Shown here in pieces: positions 37,681 through 49,446 of a stretch of 64,000 bases of DNA. Each line of letters opens with the position of its first letter. Position 1 is the stretch's first letter. This stretch comes from Chiloscyllium plagiosum. Lineage: Eukaryota. Position numbers and translations under genes: made by a program. The notes beneath the pieces are model-generated. The model had not been told where the DNA came from, made no database searches, and saw nothing but the letters and a program-made list of their open reading frames with translations. The DNA lies in assembly GCF_004010195.1 (NCBI RefSeq), contig NC_057726.1, positions 4,547,702-4,611,701 on the forward strand. The letters run 5' to 3'.

Positions 37681-38420
37681 ACCCTTAGCACTATTAGTGT
37701 GTGCAACACTACCTCATGTGTGATAATGATTGTTTCTGGGTCCTCACCTACCTTCGTCTCTCTGTCAATTGCTGGCATGTTCTTTGTCTCTTCCACTGTG
37801 AAGACCAACAAAAAATACTTCTTAACTGCTTCAGCCAGTTCCACATATTCCATTACAAAATCCCCCTTCTCATCCTCTAAAGGACCAATGTTTACTTTAG
37901 CAAGTCTTGAGAAGATTTGTAGCTCAGATTGAGGTTCTGGATGGAGGTTTGCTTGCTGAGTAAAATAAAAATGTTTAGCCACTCTTTTTCGTTTTATGTT
38001 TTTATAACAACCTTTGATATCTTTCTTTATATTCTGAACTAGTTTATTCTCATAATCTAGCATACTTTTATTTATAACACTTTTTATAGTTTTCTGTTGA
38101 ATTTTAAAACTTTCCCAATCTTCCAGTTTCCCGCTACCTTAGCCACTTTATCAGCTCTCTCTTTCAATTTGATAGCCTCCCTTATTTCCTTACACACCCA
38201 GGGAAGATTACCCCTTTTCCTACATTCTGCCCATTTCACTGGTATGTACTTTTGCTGAGCACTGTTTGTCAACTGTCCCACCATAAAGTCTTTGCTTCCA
38301 GTCTACTTTAGCTAACACTTCCCTCATCCTATTGTAGTTTTCTTTGTTTAAGCACAGGACCCTGGTATTGGATTTTATATTTGTACTTTACATCTGTATT
38401 CTAAATTCAACCATATTACA
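37681..38420 (-). mobile_element. Degraded CR1 ORF2 fragment (EN-RT linker)
   Basis: DYENKLVQNIKKDIKGCYKNIKRKRVAK and VNIGPLEDEKG...YFLLVFT. Confidence 0.75.
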
Positions 38421-38734
38421 CATTTATTATTTAAATAAATGGTTGAAAAGACCTATAGTTTATCAAGTGCATAGGAGACATTTATGTAGAATAACATCCT
38501 CCCTTAGTCAATATTAAATTGACTGCTGCAGCTGCTGATACTGATTAATTTTGACAACCTATCGGAGTTAGAATTTTAATAATGACTCCGTATTGTGCAA
38601 CTCCATCTAGTGGTATGACTGCAAACCATCGCAGCCCAACAAGTAAAGGTAAACCAGAGACTTGACTTCATGAAAGTCTGATAAGTGAATCCTTGTCGTT
38701 GCAGACCAAAAGTCAGCTGTGGCTAGATTTAAAT

Positions 38735-38968
38735 ACCTTCATCTCCTCCTCCACTCACCTATTGTACTCTATGCTACTTTCTCCCCACCCCCACCCTCCT
38801 CTAGCTTATCTCTCCACGCTTCAGGCTCTCTGCCTTTATTCCTGATGAAGGGCTTTTGCCCGAAACGTCGATTTCGCTGCTCCTTGGATGCTGCCTGAAT
38901 TGCTGTGCTCTTCCAGCACCACTGATCCAGAATCTGGTTTCCAGCATCTGCAGTCGTTGTTTTTACCT
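38735..38968 (+). mobile_element. Young PLE terminal repeat with intact hammerhead
   Basis: Nearly identical, inverted, to 48855-49013. Confidence 0.85.
38838..38873 (+). ncRNA. Minimal type I hammerhead ribozyme motif in PLE terminus, intact core (family A)
   Basis: ATTC-CTGATGA-A-GGGC-TTTT-GCCC-GAAA-CG-TC-GATT: core, stem II, loop-less ACGU stem III, GUC site. Confidence 0.75.
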
Positions 38969-39291
38969 GGACAATCCAACTAACCTGCACATTTTTCTGA
39001 CTGTGGGAGGACTCAGTCACAGGAGAATAAATAAACTCAATTTAGGGAATCGAACCCAGGTCCCTGGTGGTGTGAGACAGCAGTACTAACCACTGAGCCA
39101 CCACATCTCTGTTGCGTCGCTGTAGTCTTACCAGACCATAGAGGGGCTGTTGTTTCATTAGTGATAAGTGACTGGTAGTGGTGGCCCTCAGGCGAGGGAA
39201 GAGGTTGAGAAGGAGACTATTTATGCTAACCTCAATCTGGTGATGGGAATTGAACCCAAGCTATTGGCATCACAGCACTCTACAAAACCAG

Positions 39292-39597
39292 CATGGTGGC
39301 TCAGTGGTTAGCACTGCTACCTCATGGTCCCAGGTTCGTTTCCAGCCTCGGGCGACTGTCTGTGTGGAACTTGCACATCCTCCCTGTGTCTGCGTGGGTT
39401 TCCTCCGGATGCTCTCATAGTCCATAGATGTGCAGGTCAGGTGAATTGGCTATACTAAATTTTCTGTAGTGTTAGGTGCATTACAATGGGGTAAATGCAG
39501 GGGAATAGGTCTGGGTGGGTTGCTCTTCGGAGGGTCGGTGTCGACTTGTTGGGCCGAGTGGCCTGTTTCCACACTGTCTGGAATCTAATCTAATCTA
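39292..39597 (+). mobile_element. HE1-type V-SINE directly upstream of TK2 exon 1
   Basis: A/B boxes, V-domain, (AATCT)n tail. Confidence 0.88.
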
Positions 39598-39900
39598 AAA
39601 CCGACAATCCGGCCAACGAAGGGAATGTTATGAACGAGTTTGAGAAGATGAGCTCCAACCCTGCCCAGTGACTGAGAGGCGGGATGGTTTCAAACTGTTT
39701 CCGAGTCAGAGGTTTGAACAGGTTCTTCCGTTTTGCAGCTGATGTAGATTGTGAGTGTGTGTAATTGCTGCTGCTGCTGCTGCTATGCCTCTGGCCGTGC
39801 GGGGACTTCTCGGGGTCTCTGTCCGCTGCTGCAGTTACTTTCACCGCCTGGTGCCCAGGACCCGGAGCCGGCCGGGCTCCGCAGGTAGGAAGCACACAGC
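39598..39900 (+). promoter_or_regulatory. CpG-rich TK2 promoter / 5' UTR with (GCT)6 directly before the ATG
   Basis: Local CpG enrichment in a CpG-depleted background; GGCGGGA and TTCCG motifs; bounded upstream by an HE1 SINE. Confidence 0.55.
39785..39884 (+). CDS. TK2: TK2 coding exon 1, Arg-rich acid-free mitochondrial presequence (MPLAVRGLLGVSVRCCSYFHRLVPRTRSRPGSA)
   Basis: ATG in CpG-rich stretch with G at -3, donor CAG|GTAGGA, phase 1 as in human TK2 exon 1. Confidence 0.8.
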
Positions 39901-40523
39901 TACATTGTAACTCCCAGGGATGCACCGTTAGATACATTTACAATCCTCTGGCCTGAATGTTAGATGGCTAATCATTTCAGACGTGCCTCATTTAATGCCC
40001 ACGTTTTGGAGTTTTTAGGGTGAAATCCCTCTTTAGATTATTTTCTAACTTCCCTTTTTCTTGTTTAAAATGGACTGACACCTCCTAACCCTTTGCTGGG
40101 CCCCTGGCTTTCTCCCTGTGACCGCCACTGGGTCGTATAGCTGTGTGTGTGTTTTTCTCTCGCTTTCTACGTTTCTGTGCATCATTGCTGGATTCCTATT
40201 GCTTTGTGTGTTTATCTCTCTCTGTCTCAACACTAGGTCCCTATTACTCTGTGTGTGTCTCACTGTCTGCATCCTCGCTGGTCATTCTGTCTCCCTGTTG
40301 CACCCATTCCGGCTCTGTTGTCTGTCCTTTTTTGTCTTCATCATGGCTCTGGCTCGGCCAGCATTTACTTCCTATCCCTAATTGCTCAGAGGGCAGTTCA
40401 GCCTCACCCTCATTGCTGTGGGTCTGGAGTCATGTGTCGGCTGGACCAGATAAGGTGGAGTTTGCTTCCCTAAAGGACAATAGTGAACCAGATGGGTTTT
40501 TCCTGACAAATGGCAATGCCATG

Positions 40524-40713
40524 TTAAAATCACACAACATGTGAGTGTGGAGAATAAGATTATAAGACAAAATCTTATTCTCCACAGCCACCAGATGAAG
40601 GAGCAGTGCTCTGAAAGCTAGTGCTTCCAAATAAACCTGTTGGACTATAACCTAGTGTTGTGTGATTTTAACTTTGTCCACCCCAGTCCAACACCGATGT
40701 CTCCAAATCATGA
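40524..40713 (+). mobile_element. Family B PLE-terminal element inserted into an older repeat
   Basis: AGATGAAGGAGCAGTGCTCTGAAAGCTAGTG decayed hammerhead; flanking direct repeat CAATGCCATG. Confidence 0.7.
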
Positions 40714-40905
40714 CAATGCCATGGTCGTCATTAGATTCTTAATTCCAGATCTTTTGTTATCAAATCCAACATTGCTGTGGTGGGATTCAAATCAGAGTTC
40801 CCAGAACATTACCTGGGTCAACAGTCTAGTAATAATACCACAAGGCTATTGTCTCCCCCTTTTGTTCTTTTACTCTTTTAATAATGGACTTCCTTCTTTT
40901 CCTAG

Positions 40906-40949
40906 CTCGACTGTACAGCAATAAATCCAAAGAGGTTGAGAAGTTGGTG
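40906..40949 (+). CDS. TK2: TK2 coding exon 2 (ARLYSNKSKEVEKLV)
   Basis: CCTTCTTTTCCTAG acceptor, GTATGT donor, 44 nt converts phase 1 to 0 as needed; resembles human KEQEKEKKSV. Confidence 0.75.
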
Positions 40950-42594
40950 GTATGTATCACAGTATTGGCTGCCCCCTAGTGATGAATATATGTGTATTGT
41001 ACAGAAGCTGACTTAACTGTTAGAACATTACATTGCAAATGTAATGTATTTCAGACCAGCAAAAGAACAAGAATGGGCTCTTCCATAATTTTCCTGATTC
41101 AAGGTAGGTGAGGGTTTACAGTGTCATAGTAGCTGCTTATGAAAGTTTCCCTTTAGCTGATCCCAGTAAGTTTATGCGTAATGTAAAACAGCTAGCAAGG
41201 TATTTTTCTCAGGGTTCAGGACTGAATACTGTAATCAACTGTGATGAAATGTCAGAGTCCCAGAAAAACAAATTGAGGAACAGCAGAAAAATTAGGGGAA
41301 ACTAAGATCCCCAATGATGTTCAATCTGAAAGTTGACCTGAGGAGGATTGAACATCAGCTTGGTTCAATTTCTCTCACCCCTGTGCAGACAGCTGTTTTA
41401 AGTTGTACATCCAGGAGTTGAGCATGTGACAATGCAGGCTGCAGGAATATGGGACTATTGTATTGTAAGGTTTATGCTTCTGAACAAAGATGTTAAACTG
41501 AGATTTTATTTTGCTGCCATTTTGTCCGATAACACAGCTCAGAGAATAGCAGGGAATTCACTCCCATCTTCCAGGTAACTTGCCTTCCTCAATAAGAGGT
41601 GTTATGATTCCAAGTGGTGATGATATTGGACAGGGCAGACCCTTGAATAAAAATCTGACTAGACAGATCATCTGTTTATGAGAGAAAATGAGAACTACAG
41701 ATGCTGGAGATCAGAGTTAAAAAGTGTGGCACTGGAAAAGCACAGCAGATCAGGCAGCATCTGAGGAGCAGGAGACTCTTCATCAGGAATGTGGATATGG
41801 GGTTCTGTTTTTAATTTGGTTAGCATGGTGGTTACTTACTGAAATGTATTCACACAAGGCTGCAGATGTTCTTAAATGACAGCGTAAGTTTATTATACAA
41901 AAGTGTTTGGACAACACATCTATGTTTGTGGACTATGTGAAAAATTGTAAGATATTGGACTGTTTGGTCACTTTCCAGATTAAACAGGGTTTTCAACCAA
42001 TGGAGAAGGGAACTCATGTGGTTCCTTGGAAATGAAATCAATAATTTGATGTGAGTTGTGATCTCCCTGCCAGTTACAGAAAGACAAGGGACTTTGGAAA
42101 ATCAGCCAAGTCAATCGCTTATGGAGCTGAGAGGTGTGGTTTGTTGCCCTTAGCTTTGGAAGAGACTTATGTGGCCTCTGTACTGAACGTTCCCTCAACC
42201 TCTTTCTGGTTTTGGCTTCTGTTTCAAAGATCGAAGGAATCAGAAATAATAAAACTTCCAAAGCTTGGAGTAAAGCTACAATGTTTCTGTCCCCTTCTGT
42301 TGGTTGAAGAAATTGGGAACCTGGTAAAGCTTCCACGTTGCAGTGTTTGTACGACCTTGTAAACTGTGAGAAGCTGAACTGTGGCCACTTGGAATAGTTT
42401 GCTTGGAAGTTCTTCCATTGGTCAATTTAGTCAACAAGAAATCTGTGTCCTGTGAAAATTAGTTAACTTGTTTGTTTTGCAAACCGTTGCCTAATAAGGG
42501 TGTTTTCTTTTGTCTTTTTTGAAAAGATAATCTCGACAGAGTCCTTCTGTTTTGTTATGTGTGAGTTCATTTGCGTTGGGATTAAAATTGCTCA

Positions 42595-43165
42595 GACCGT
42601 TGAGCGTAGGAGTTGGGACATCATGTTGAGGTTGTATAGAACATTAATGTAGCCACTTCTCAGTTACTATGTACAGTTCTGGCTGTCCTGTTTTAGGAAG
42701 GATTCAGAAAAGATAAATCTTTTGTTGGAAGGACTCGAGGGTTTGAGTTCTAAGGATAGGCTAGGATTTTTTTCACGGGAGGGTAGGATGTTGAAGGTTG
42801 AACTTGTAAAAGTTTATAAAATCATGAGGGGTATAAATAAGGTGAATAGCAAGGGTTATTCTCTAGAGTGGGGAAGTCTAAATCTGGGGTGCATATTTTT
42901 AAGGTGAGGGGAGAAAGTCCCTTCTAAATCTGAGGGGCAATTTTTTCACACACAGGTGATTCATATGTGGAATGAACTGCAGGAGTAAGTAGTGAATGCA
43001 GGTGCAGATACAGCATTTAAAAGGTATTTGAACAGGATACATAAATAGGAAAGAATAGAAAGATATGGGCCAAATGCAAGCAAGTGGGACTAGTTCAGAC
43101 TGGAACACTTGGTCAGCATGGGCGAGTTGGACCGGAGGGTCTGTTTCTGTGCTGTATGACTTTCT
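42595..43165 (+). mobile_element. CR1 LINE 3' fragment
   Basis: VYKIMRGINKVN motif and 3' UTR. Confidence 0.8.
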
Positions 43166-43580
43166 AACTCTCTCACTGTATAAGGTGGGTCGCTGTTCTA
43201 ATTGTGAATCATAATTTAGATACTGGCAGAGAATTTTTGTTATGCATAGCATTACAAAAGAGAAAAAAAAGTCAATTTTACTGATTAAATCAAAACATTT
43301 ATACCAATGGTGCAGCAAAACAAAATGTCAACCTGTTTCCCAACCCTAACCTTTCACAGATACTCAATTCCAGAGAAATTTCACTCCCATTTTAACTCTT
43401 TAATTTAACTGACTCCTTCCATTTCTTTACTTTGGACTATATAGTTTCACAATTCCTTTCAAAGTCTGTTGAAGCCTGCACAGTCCTGATAGCTGAAACG
43501 TTTCATTCCTAATAACATGCTCTCCTAGCTTAGAAGCTTCACAAACCGAAACACTTGGTAACTGGTTCCCTGAACTAAAA

Positions 43581-43910
43581 GATTAGATTAGATTAGACTA
43601 CTTTTAGATTACTTACAGTGTGGAAACAGGCCCTTCGGCCCAACAAGTCCACACCAACACGCCGAAGCGCAACCCACCCATACCTCTATATTTACCCCTT
43701 ACCTAACACTAGGTGCAATTTAGCATGGCCAATTCACCTGACCTGCACATCTTTGGACTGTGGGAGGAAACCGGAGCACCCGGAGGAAACCCACGCAGAC
43801 ACTGGGAGAATGTGCAAACTCCACACAGTCAGTCGCCTGAGGCGGGAATTGAACCCAGGTCTCTGGTGCTGTGAGGCAACAGTGCTAACCACTGTGCCAC
43901 CGTGCCGCCC
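43581..43910 (-). mobile_element. Young full-length HE1-type V-SINE
   Basis: Starts GGGCGGCACGGTGGCACAGTGGTTAGC on minus strand; (TAATC)n tail; close to the 60415-60727 copy. Confidence 0.92.
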
Positions 43911-44269
43911 ACAAGCTTGATTCTTTTGCTAGAAGAGTCCTTTCTCCTTTCTGAACTGAACTCAAAACCAAACATAGTGGCTTTCTGGTGTATTGTAAAC
44001 TCAAAAGTATAAACATTCTATCCATCAACACTTCAGGGGTACTGCTAGGCACTTGAATGAAGTCACATATTTTTTGGAATTGATACATTTAGGTCACTGT
44101 TCCATATAACCTTCTGACTTTTTTTCTTTTAAATACAAATGTATCAGCATAATATATATTGTACACTTTGCATTACACCCGCTCCAAAGAAAAAATGGAA
44201 AGGCATTACTAAATTCCTGTTCACTTTCTCTGATTTTTTTCATTATCATTATATGTTGTGTAAACAGAA

Positions 44270-45330
44270 GTACATTTAGATTAAACACAGATTTTCATAA
44301 CAGCCATGTTGTCCCTGCAAGTCCAGTTTGTTCACAGATTTGGTTTCATTAATTTCTGTTGTTGACAAAGCATTTGCTCTAATGTTGTCCTTACCAGTCA
44401 CAGGAATGATTTCAAATTGTATGTTTGTAACATTAAGCTTCATTTCTTGTTGCAAAGTATCTCCAAAAAAAGCTGACAGATTCTCGTTTGTATACATGAC
44501 AAACTTTTAAAATTTGGTCTAACAAATTAACGTTGAGCCAATACAAGAATCAGTGTCTCATTCACTATCAGGTCAAAAATCACATGATACCAGGTTGTAG
44601 TCTAACAGGTTTATTTGAATAAACTAGCTTTTGGAGCGTTGTTTCTTCATCAGGTGCGCTGAAAGTTAGTGTTTTCAAATAAACCTGTTGGACTATAACC
44701 TGGTGTCGTGTGATCTTTGACCTCGTCCAACCCAGTCCAACACTGGCACCTCCCCATCCTTCTCTATTATTCAGTATTTCTATTGACGAACATTTGGTAT
44801 TTGTGAAAAATAACTGTCCGTTTGATCCCTTATATTTAATTTTATATTTTAGTCAAACAGCAGGGATACTGATGTCTCTGGCATCAGTAGCCAGTTTGAA
44901 TGACTTCCTATTATTCAGTGTGACTAAAACCAGTGCAGTAGTTAGCACAGTTTTGAAGTTGTCAAAGGCACATTGCCCTTCTTTTGTCAATTCAGTTTAT
45001 GCCATTCTTCAGTAAATCTGTCAGAGGAACCATTTCTGCACTGAATTCCGGAATGGAGTCCTGATAAAATCCACTTACGACATTCGCATTTTGACTTGGG
45101 TTAGGGGAAATCTAGTACGTCCCTTTATTCCGTTGCTCTGTGCACTATGTGTGAGCTTGTCCTGCAGTGTGGCCCAAATAAATTGCTTTGCTTTGGCAAA
45201 TTCGCTTTTTGTTAGATTTATGACCAAACTGATTCTTGTAGCCAGTCAAACAGTTTGTTCAAGATGTTCTTGCCAGGTTCGGCTGAACATAGCTAAGTCA
45301 TCAATGTAAACAATGCTGTTACACTATGCT
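44270..45330 (-). mobile_element. Degraded Gypsy LTR-retrotransposon RT-connection/RNase H, interrupted by a family B fold-back (~44570-44760)
   Basis: GFYQDSIPEFS, QCAFDNFKTVLTT...SFKLATDARD, FEIIPVTGKDNIRANALS match Gypsy GFYRKFVPNFS / FKLAVDAS / HIAGKDNVIADALS. Confidence 0.72.
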
Positions 45331-45747
45331 CCAGTAAATTTGGTTAATATTGGAAATTTGCTGGTCATTTTTTATTCCAGATTGCATGACTTCACATTGG
45401 TAAGGTCCATCTGCTGTTACGTAAGCCGATATTTCTTTGCTTTATCAGTAAACGTAACTGCCCACTATTTGTTTTACAGATCACTTTTGGCCACACATTG
45501 TGCACATGTACATGTCTAGTTCTTTCAATACAGTCATCTAGTTATGGAATCTGTTATGAATCTGCTTTCCATAACAATTTGACTTTGTGATTATAAATAC
45601 CAAATCTTTGTCGTCCATCCAGTTTTGACACTATCACAAAAGGTGAGCTGCAGTACTATAAGCATTCAGTGATATCAATATCCATTGCAAATTTAATCTC
45701 TTCCCTAAATTGCGCTAACTTCTCTGGATTGGATCTGTAAGGATGCT

Positions 45748-46160
45748 GTCAAAGAGTGTGGTGCTGGAAAAGCATAGCAGGTCAGGCAGTACCCGAGGAG
45801 CAGGAGAATCGATGTTTTGAGCATAAGCTCTTCATCAGGAATGGGAAATGGCCCAAAGGGGCTGAGAGGAAAATGGTAGGGGAGGGTGAGGATGCAATAG
45901 GTGGATGAAGTTGGGGATGAAGGTGATAGGTCGGAGAGGAGGGTGGAGCGGATAGATGGGAAGGAAGATGGACAAATGGGACAGGTCAATTTGGCACCAA
46001 ATTGGAAGGTTGGATCTGGGATAAGGTGGGGGGAGCAGAAATGAGAAGCGTGAAATCCACATTGATACCTTGTAGTTGGAAGGACACAATACTGAAGATG
46101 AGGCGTTTTTCCTCCTGGCGTCGGGTGGTAAGGGTTTGGCAGTGGAGGAGGCCTGGGACC
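45748..46160 (-). mobile_element. PLE 3' fragment with terminal repeat
   Basis: TRRQEEKRLIF-like GIY-YIG tail; decayed hammerhead CTGATGAAGAGCTTATGCTCAAAACATC. Confidence 0.8.
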
Positions 46161-46374
46161 TACTGAACCCTCTGAAAGGATCTTGTTTTATGGATAACAT
46201 GTTCCCAACATTAACCTTATGTACAGTCAAAGATGCTTTTCAGGTGGCCTATTTGTTGATTTATAAGTCTGTAATAGTTTTTTGACTCACTTTGATTTCT
46301 CCCCCCACCCACCACTCTCTTAAATTCCAATGAGTATTGCCCCAGTCTATATAATTAGCACCTCCACATTGTTC

Positions 46375-46595
46375 AAAACTGAAAGAACTGTAAATCAGAA
46401 ACAAAAACATAAGTTGCTGGAAAAGCTCAACAGGTCTGGCAGCATCTCTGAAGAGAAATCCGAGTTAACGTTTCAGGTCCAGTGACTCTTCCCTTTGAGG
46501 GAGGGTCAATGGACCCGAAATGTTAACTTTGATTTTTCTTCACAGATGCTGCCAGAGTTGCTGAGCTTTTCCAGCCACTTCTGTTTCTTTTTTCC
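46375..46595. mobile_element. Fold-back PLE-terminal mini-element (family D); single arms at 7385-7500 and 53933-54070
   Basis: Inverted arms GTTGCTGGAAAAGCTCAACAGGTCTGGCAGCATC; decayed hammerhead TGAGG-GAGGGTCAATGGACCC-GAAATGTT. Confidence 0.7.
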
Positions 46596-47299
46596 ACATT
46601 ATTCAGTCAGATTACTGGAAGATTGATTTTTGAATTTTCAGTTACTGATTTCCTTTCTCAATGGTTCTGGTTTTCACTTCCCTCCCTTTTTTCACTACTG
46701 TAAATAAGCTTTTCTCCTCACTATCCACCCTGTCATAATATCTCATTTACATATTAACACAACAAAGTCATTCACTTGATTTTGATTTGATTTGATCTAT
46801 AATTGTCGCATGTACTGAGATCCAATGAAAAGTATTGTTTTGCATGCTACCCAGACAAATCATATCTCATGTAAGTACATCAGGGTAATAGAACAGAATA
46901 TAGAATACAATGTTGCAGCTGTAGAGAAGGTGCAAAGAAAGATCAACTTTAGTCTCTGAGAGTCCTGTTCATAAGTCTGAAAACAGTGGGGAAGAAGCTG
47001 TTCTTGAATCTGTTGTGTTTGCAAATTTATGTATATTCTTCTTAATGGAAGAAGGTGGTAGAGAGTATAATCAAGGTCTTTTATTATGTTGGCTGCATTC
47101 CCAAGACTTTTCTCCCTATTTTGAGTACCCTGGATCTAAACAATATCATTGAGGTTCTTTTTGCAGTGATGTGTGCTGGTGAACTTGGAAATAGGTAACA
47201 ATGCAAACAAAAACAATACCATGACCATGTCCTCAGCAACAAGATCCCAGCTATTAGCTGCTTTATCTTCTCCCATTTTCATAATCGAGATGGTTGGCA

Positions 47300-47745
47300 A
47301 ATGAGGAGAGATTGAGTAGAATGAGGCTACACTCATTGGAATGTAGGAGAATGAGGGGGCTATCTTATAGAAGCATACAAAATTGAGAAGGGAATAGATA
47401 GGATAGAAGCAGGGAGGTTGTTTCCACTGGCAGGTGAAACTAGGATTAAGGGGTAGAGCCTCAAAGTAAGGGGGAAGCAGATTTAAGACTGAATTCAGGA
47501 GGAACTTCATCCAAAGGGTTGTGAATCTGTGGAATTCCCTGCCCAGTGAAGAAGTTGAGGCTACCTTATTGAATGTTTTTAAGGCAAAGATAGATGGGTT
47601 TTTTGAACAGTAAAGGAATTAAAGGTTATGGTGAGTGGGTGGGTAAGTGGAGCTGACTCCATGAGAAGACCAGCCATGATCTTACTGAATGGCGGAGTGG
47701 GCTCGAGGGGCCAGACGGCCTACTCCTGCTCCTAGCTCTTACTAT
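47300..47745 (+). mobile_element. CR1 LINE 3' fragment
   Basis: RRMRGxLIEAYKI...RRNFIQRVVNLWNSLP. Confidence 0.8.
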
Positions 47746-48912
47746 GTTCACTCTTCAACTGCTTTTTGATCACCCCTTGAAGTTAGGTTAGTTTCTCTCG
47801 GAAACTCAAAGTAAAAGTTGAAAGTGTAGCTCCTGAGCTTTGGTTTATAAAATACCATTTAATCAATTTGTTACATTTCCTCCCCTGATGTCCATATGTC
47901 AGTTTTAAAGTACTGAATACTATGGACTCATTAGGTTACACGGGAATTCCATTATCCCAACCACTGGAAATTCCTGATAACAATGGTCAATGGGGAAAAG
48001 GCAGGAAAGTGGATGTGTGAAATGTCTGATCAGCCATCATCCTATTGAATGGCAGAGCAGGCTTGAGGGGCTGAATGGCCTAATCCTGTTCCTATTGCTT
48101 ACGGTCTTTATTAATAAGCTTATTAAATTTGATTCCACCTTTCCGGTATTCCAGATTGTGGTGGTAAACTGAAGATGTAAATTGTACTATTCCCAAGTTA
48201 TTCATTAATTCTTTGGCTACTTGTGACATAAGATCAAATCAAATTTAATATTTTTATTTATTTGGTGAAAGTATACCTTGAAAAGATGAACTATCGTTTC
48301 CAATATTATTTTGGATGTAAGTTTTTAATGAGGGCACTGCCTCAGGAAACTTGTTCAAGCATATATAATGGTTAGAGGATATTGATTCCCAATCCTAGTT
48401 TTATATAGAGGCCCTAGATATCCTGTTAAGACCCTGCTGAACAGTACTTTGAAAGCAGGCATTGGAGTTAAAGGCACAAGTTTAACTGATGCTTGGTGTT
48501 TCCCTACTGCCTGAAATAAATGCAAAATTTATTTTCAGGGATAACTTTCAGGGATCTATGTACATGTAATTTTGTAATTTTATGAGCAATTTGCAAAGTT
48601 TTGTTATAATACAGATGCATGATGGTCCATTGTAAACTCAGCAGTATAAACATTCCATCCATTAACACTGCAGGGCCCCTGGAGGCATAGAACATTACAG
48701 CGCAGTACAGACCCTTCGGCCCTCAATGTTTCGCTGATCTGTAGAACCAATATGAAGCCCATCTAACCTAGACTATTCCATTTTCATCCATATGTTTATC
48801 CAATGACCATTTAAATGCCCTTAAAGTTGGCGAGTCTACTACTGTTACAGGCATTCTGGATCAGTGGTGCTGGAAGAGCACAGCAGTTCAGGCAGCATCC
48901 AAGGAGCAGCGA

Positions 48913-48948
48913 AATCGACGTTTCGGGCAAAAGCCCTTCATCAGGAAT
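48913..48948 (-). ncRNA. Minimal hammerhead motif, intact, same sequence as the 38838 copy
   Basis: Reverse complement reads ATTCCTGATGAAGGGCTTTTGCCCGAAACGTCGATT. Confidence 0.75.
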
Positions 48949-49013
48949 AAAGGCAGAGAGCCTGAAGCGTGGAGAGATAAGCTAGAGGAGGGTGGGGGTG
49001 GGGAGAAAGTAGC

Positions 49014-49446
49014 NNNNNNNNNNNNNNNNNNNNNNNNNNNNNNNNNNNNNNNNNNNNNNNNNNNNNNNNNNNNNNNNNNNNNNNNNNNNNNNNNNNNNNN
49101 NNNNNNNNNNNNNNNNNNNNNNNNNNNNNNNNNNNNNNNNNNNNNNNNNNNNNNNNNNNNNNNNNNNNNNNNNNNNNNNNNNNNNNNNNNNNNNNNNNNN
49201 NNNNNNNNNNNNNNNNNNNNNNNNNNNNNNNNNNNNNNNNNNNNNNNNNNNNNNNNNNNNNNNNNNNNNNNNNNNNNNNNNNNNNNNNNNNNNNNNNNNN
49301 NNNNNNNNNNNNNNNNNNNNNNNNNNNNNNNNNNNNNNNNNNNNNNNNNNNNNNNNNNNNNNNNNNNNNNNNNNNNNNNNNNNNNNNNNNNNNNNNNNNN
49401 NNNNNNNNNNNNNNNNNNNNNNNNNNNNNNNNNNNNNNNNNNNNNN
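49014..49446. other. Assembly gap (N run)
   Basis: 433 N. Confidence 1.

Noticed and set aside
41055-41103. Alternative TK2 exon 2 candidate (DQQKNKNGLFHNFPDS), possibly paired with 45381-45399
   Set aside because: Ends in phase 2 and needs an extra micro-exon beside a Gypsy relic; 40906-40949 fits phase and homology alone
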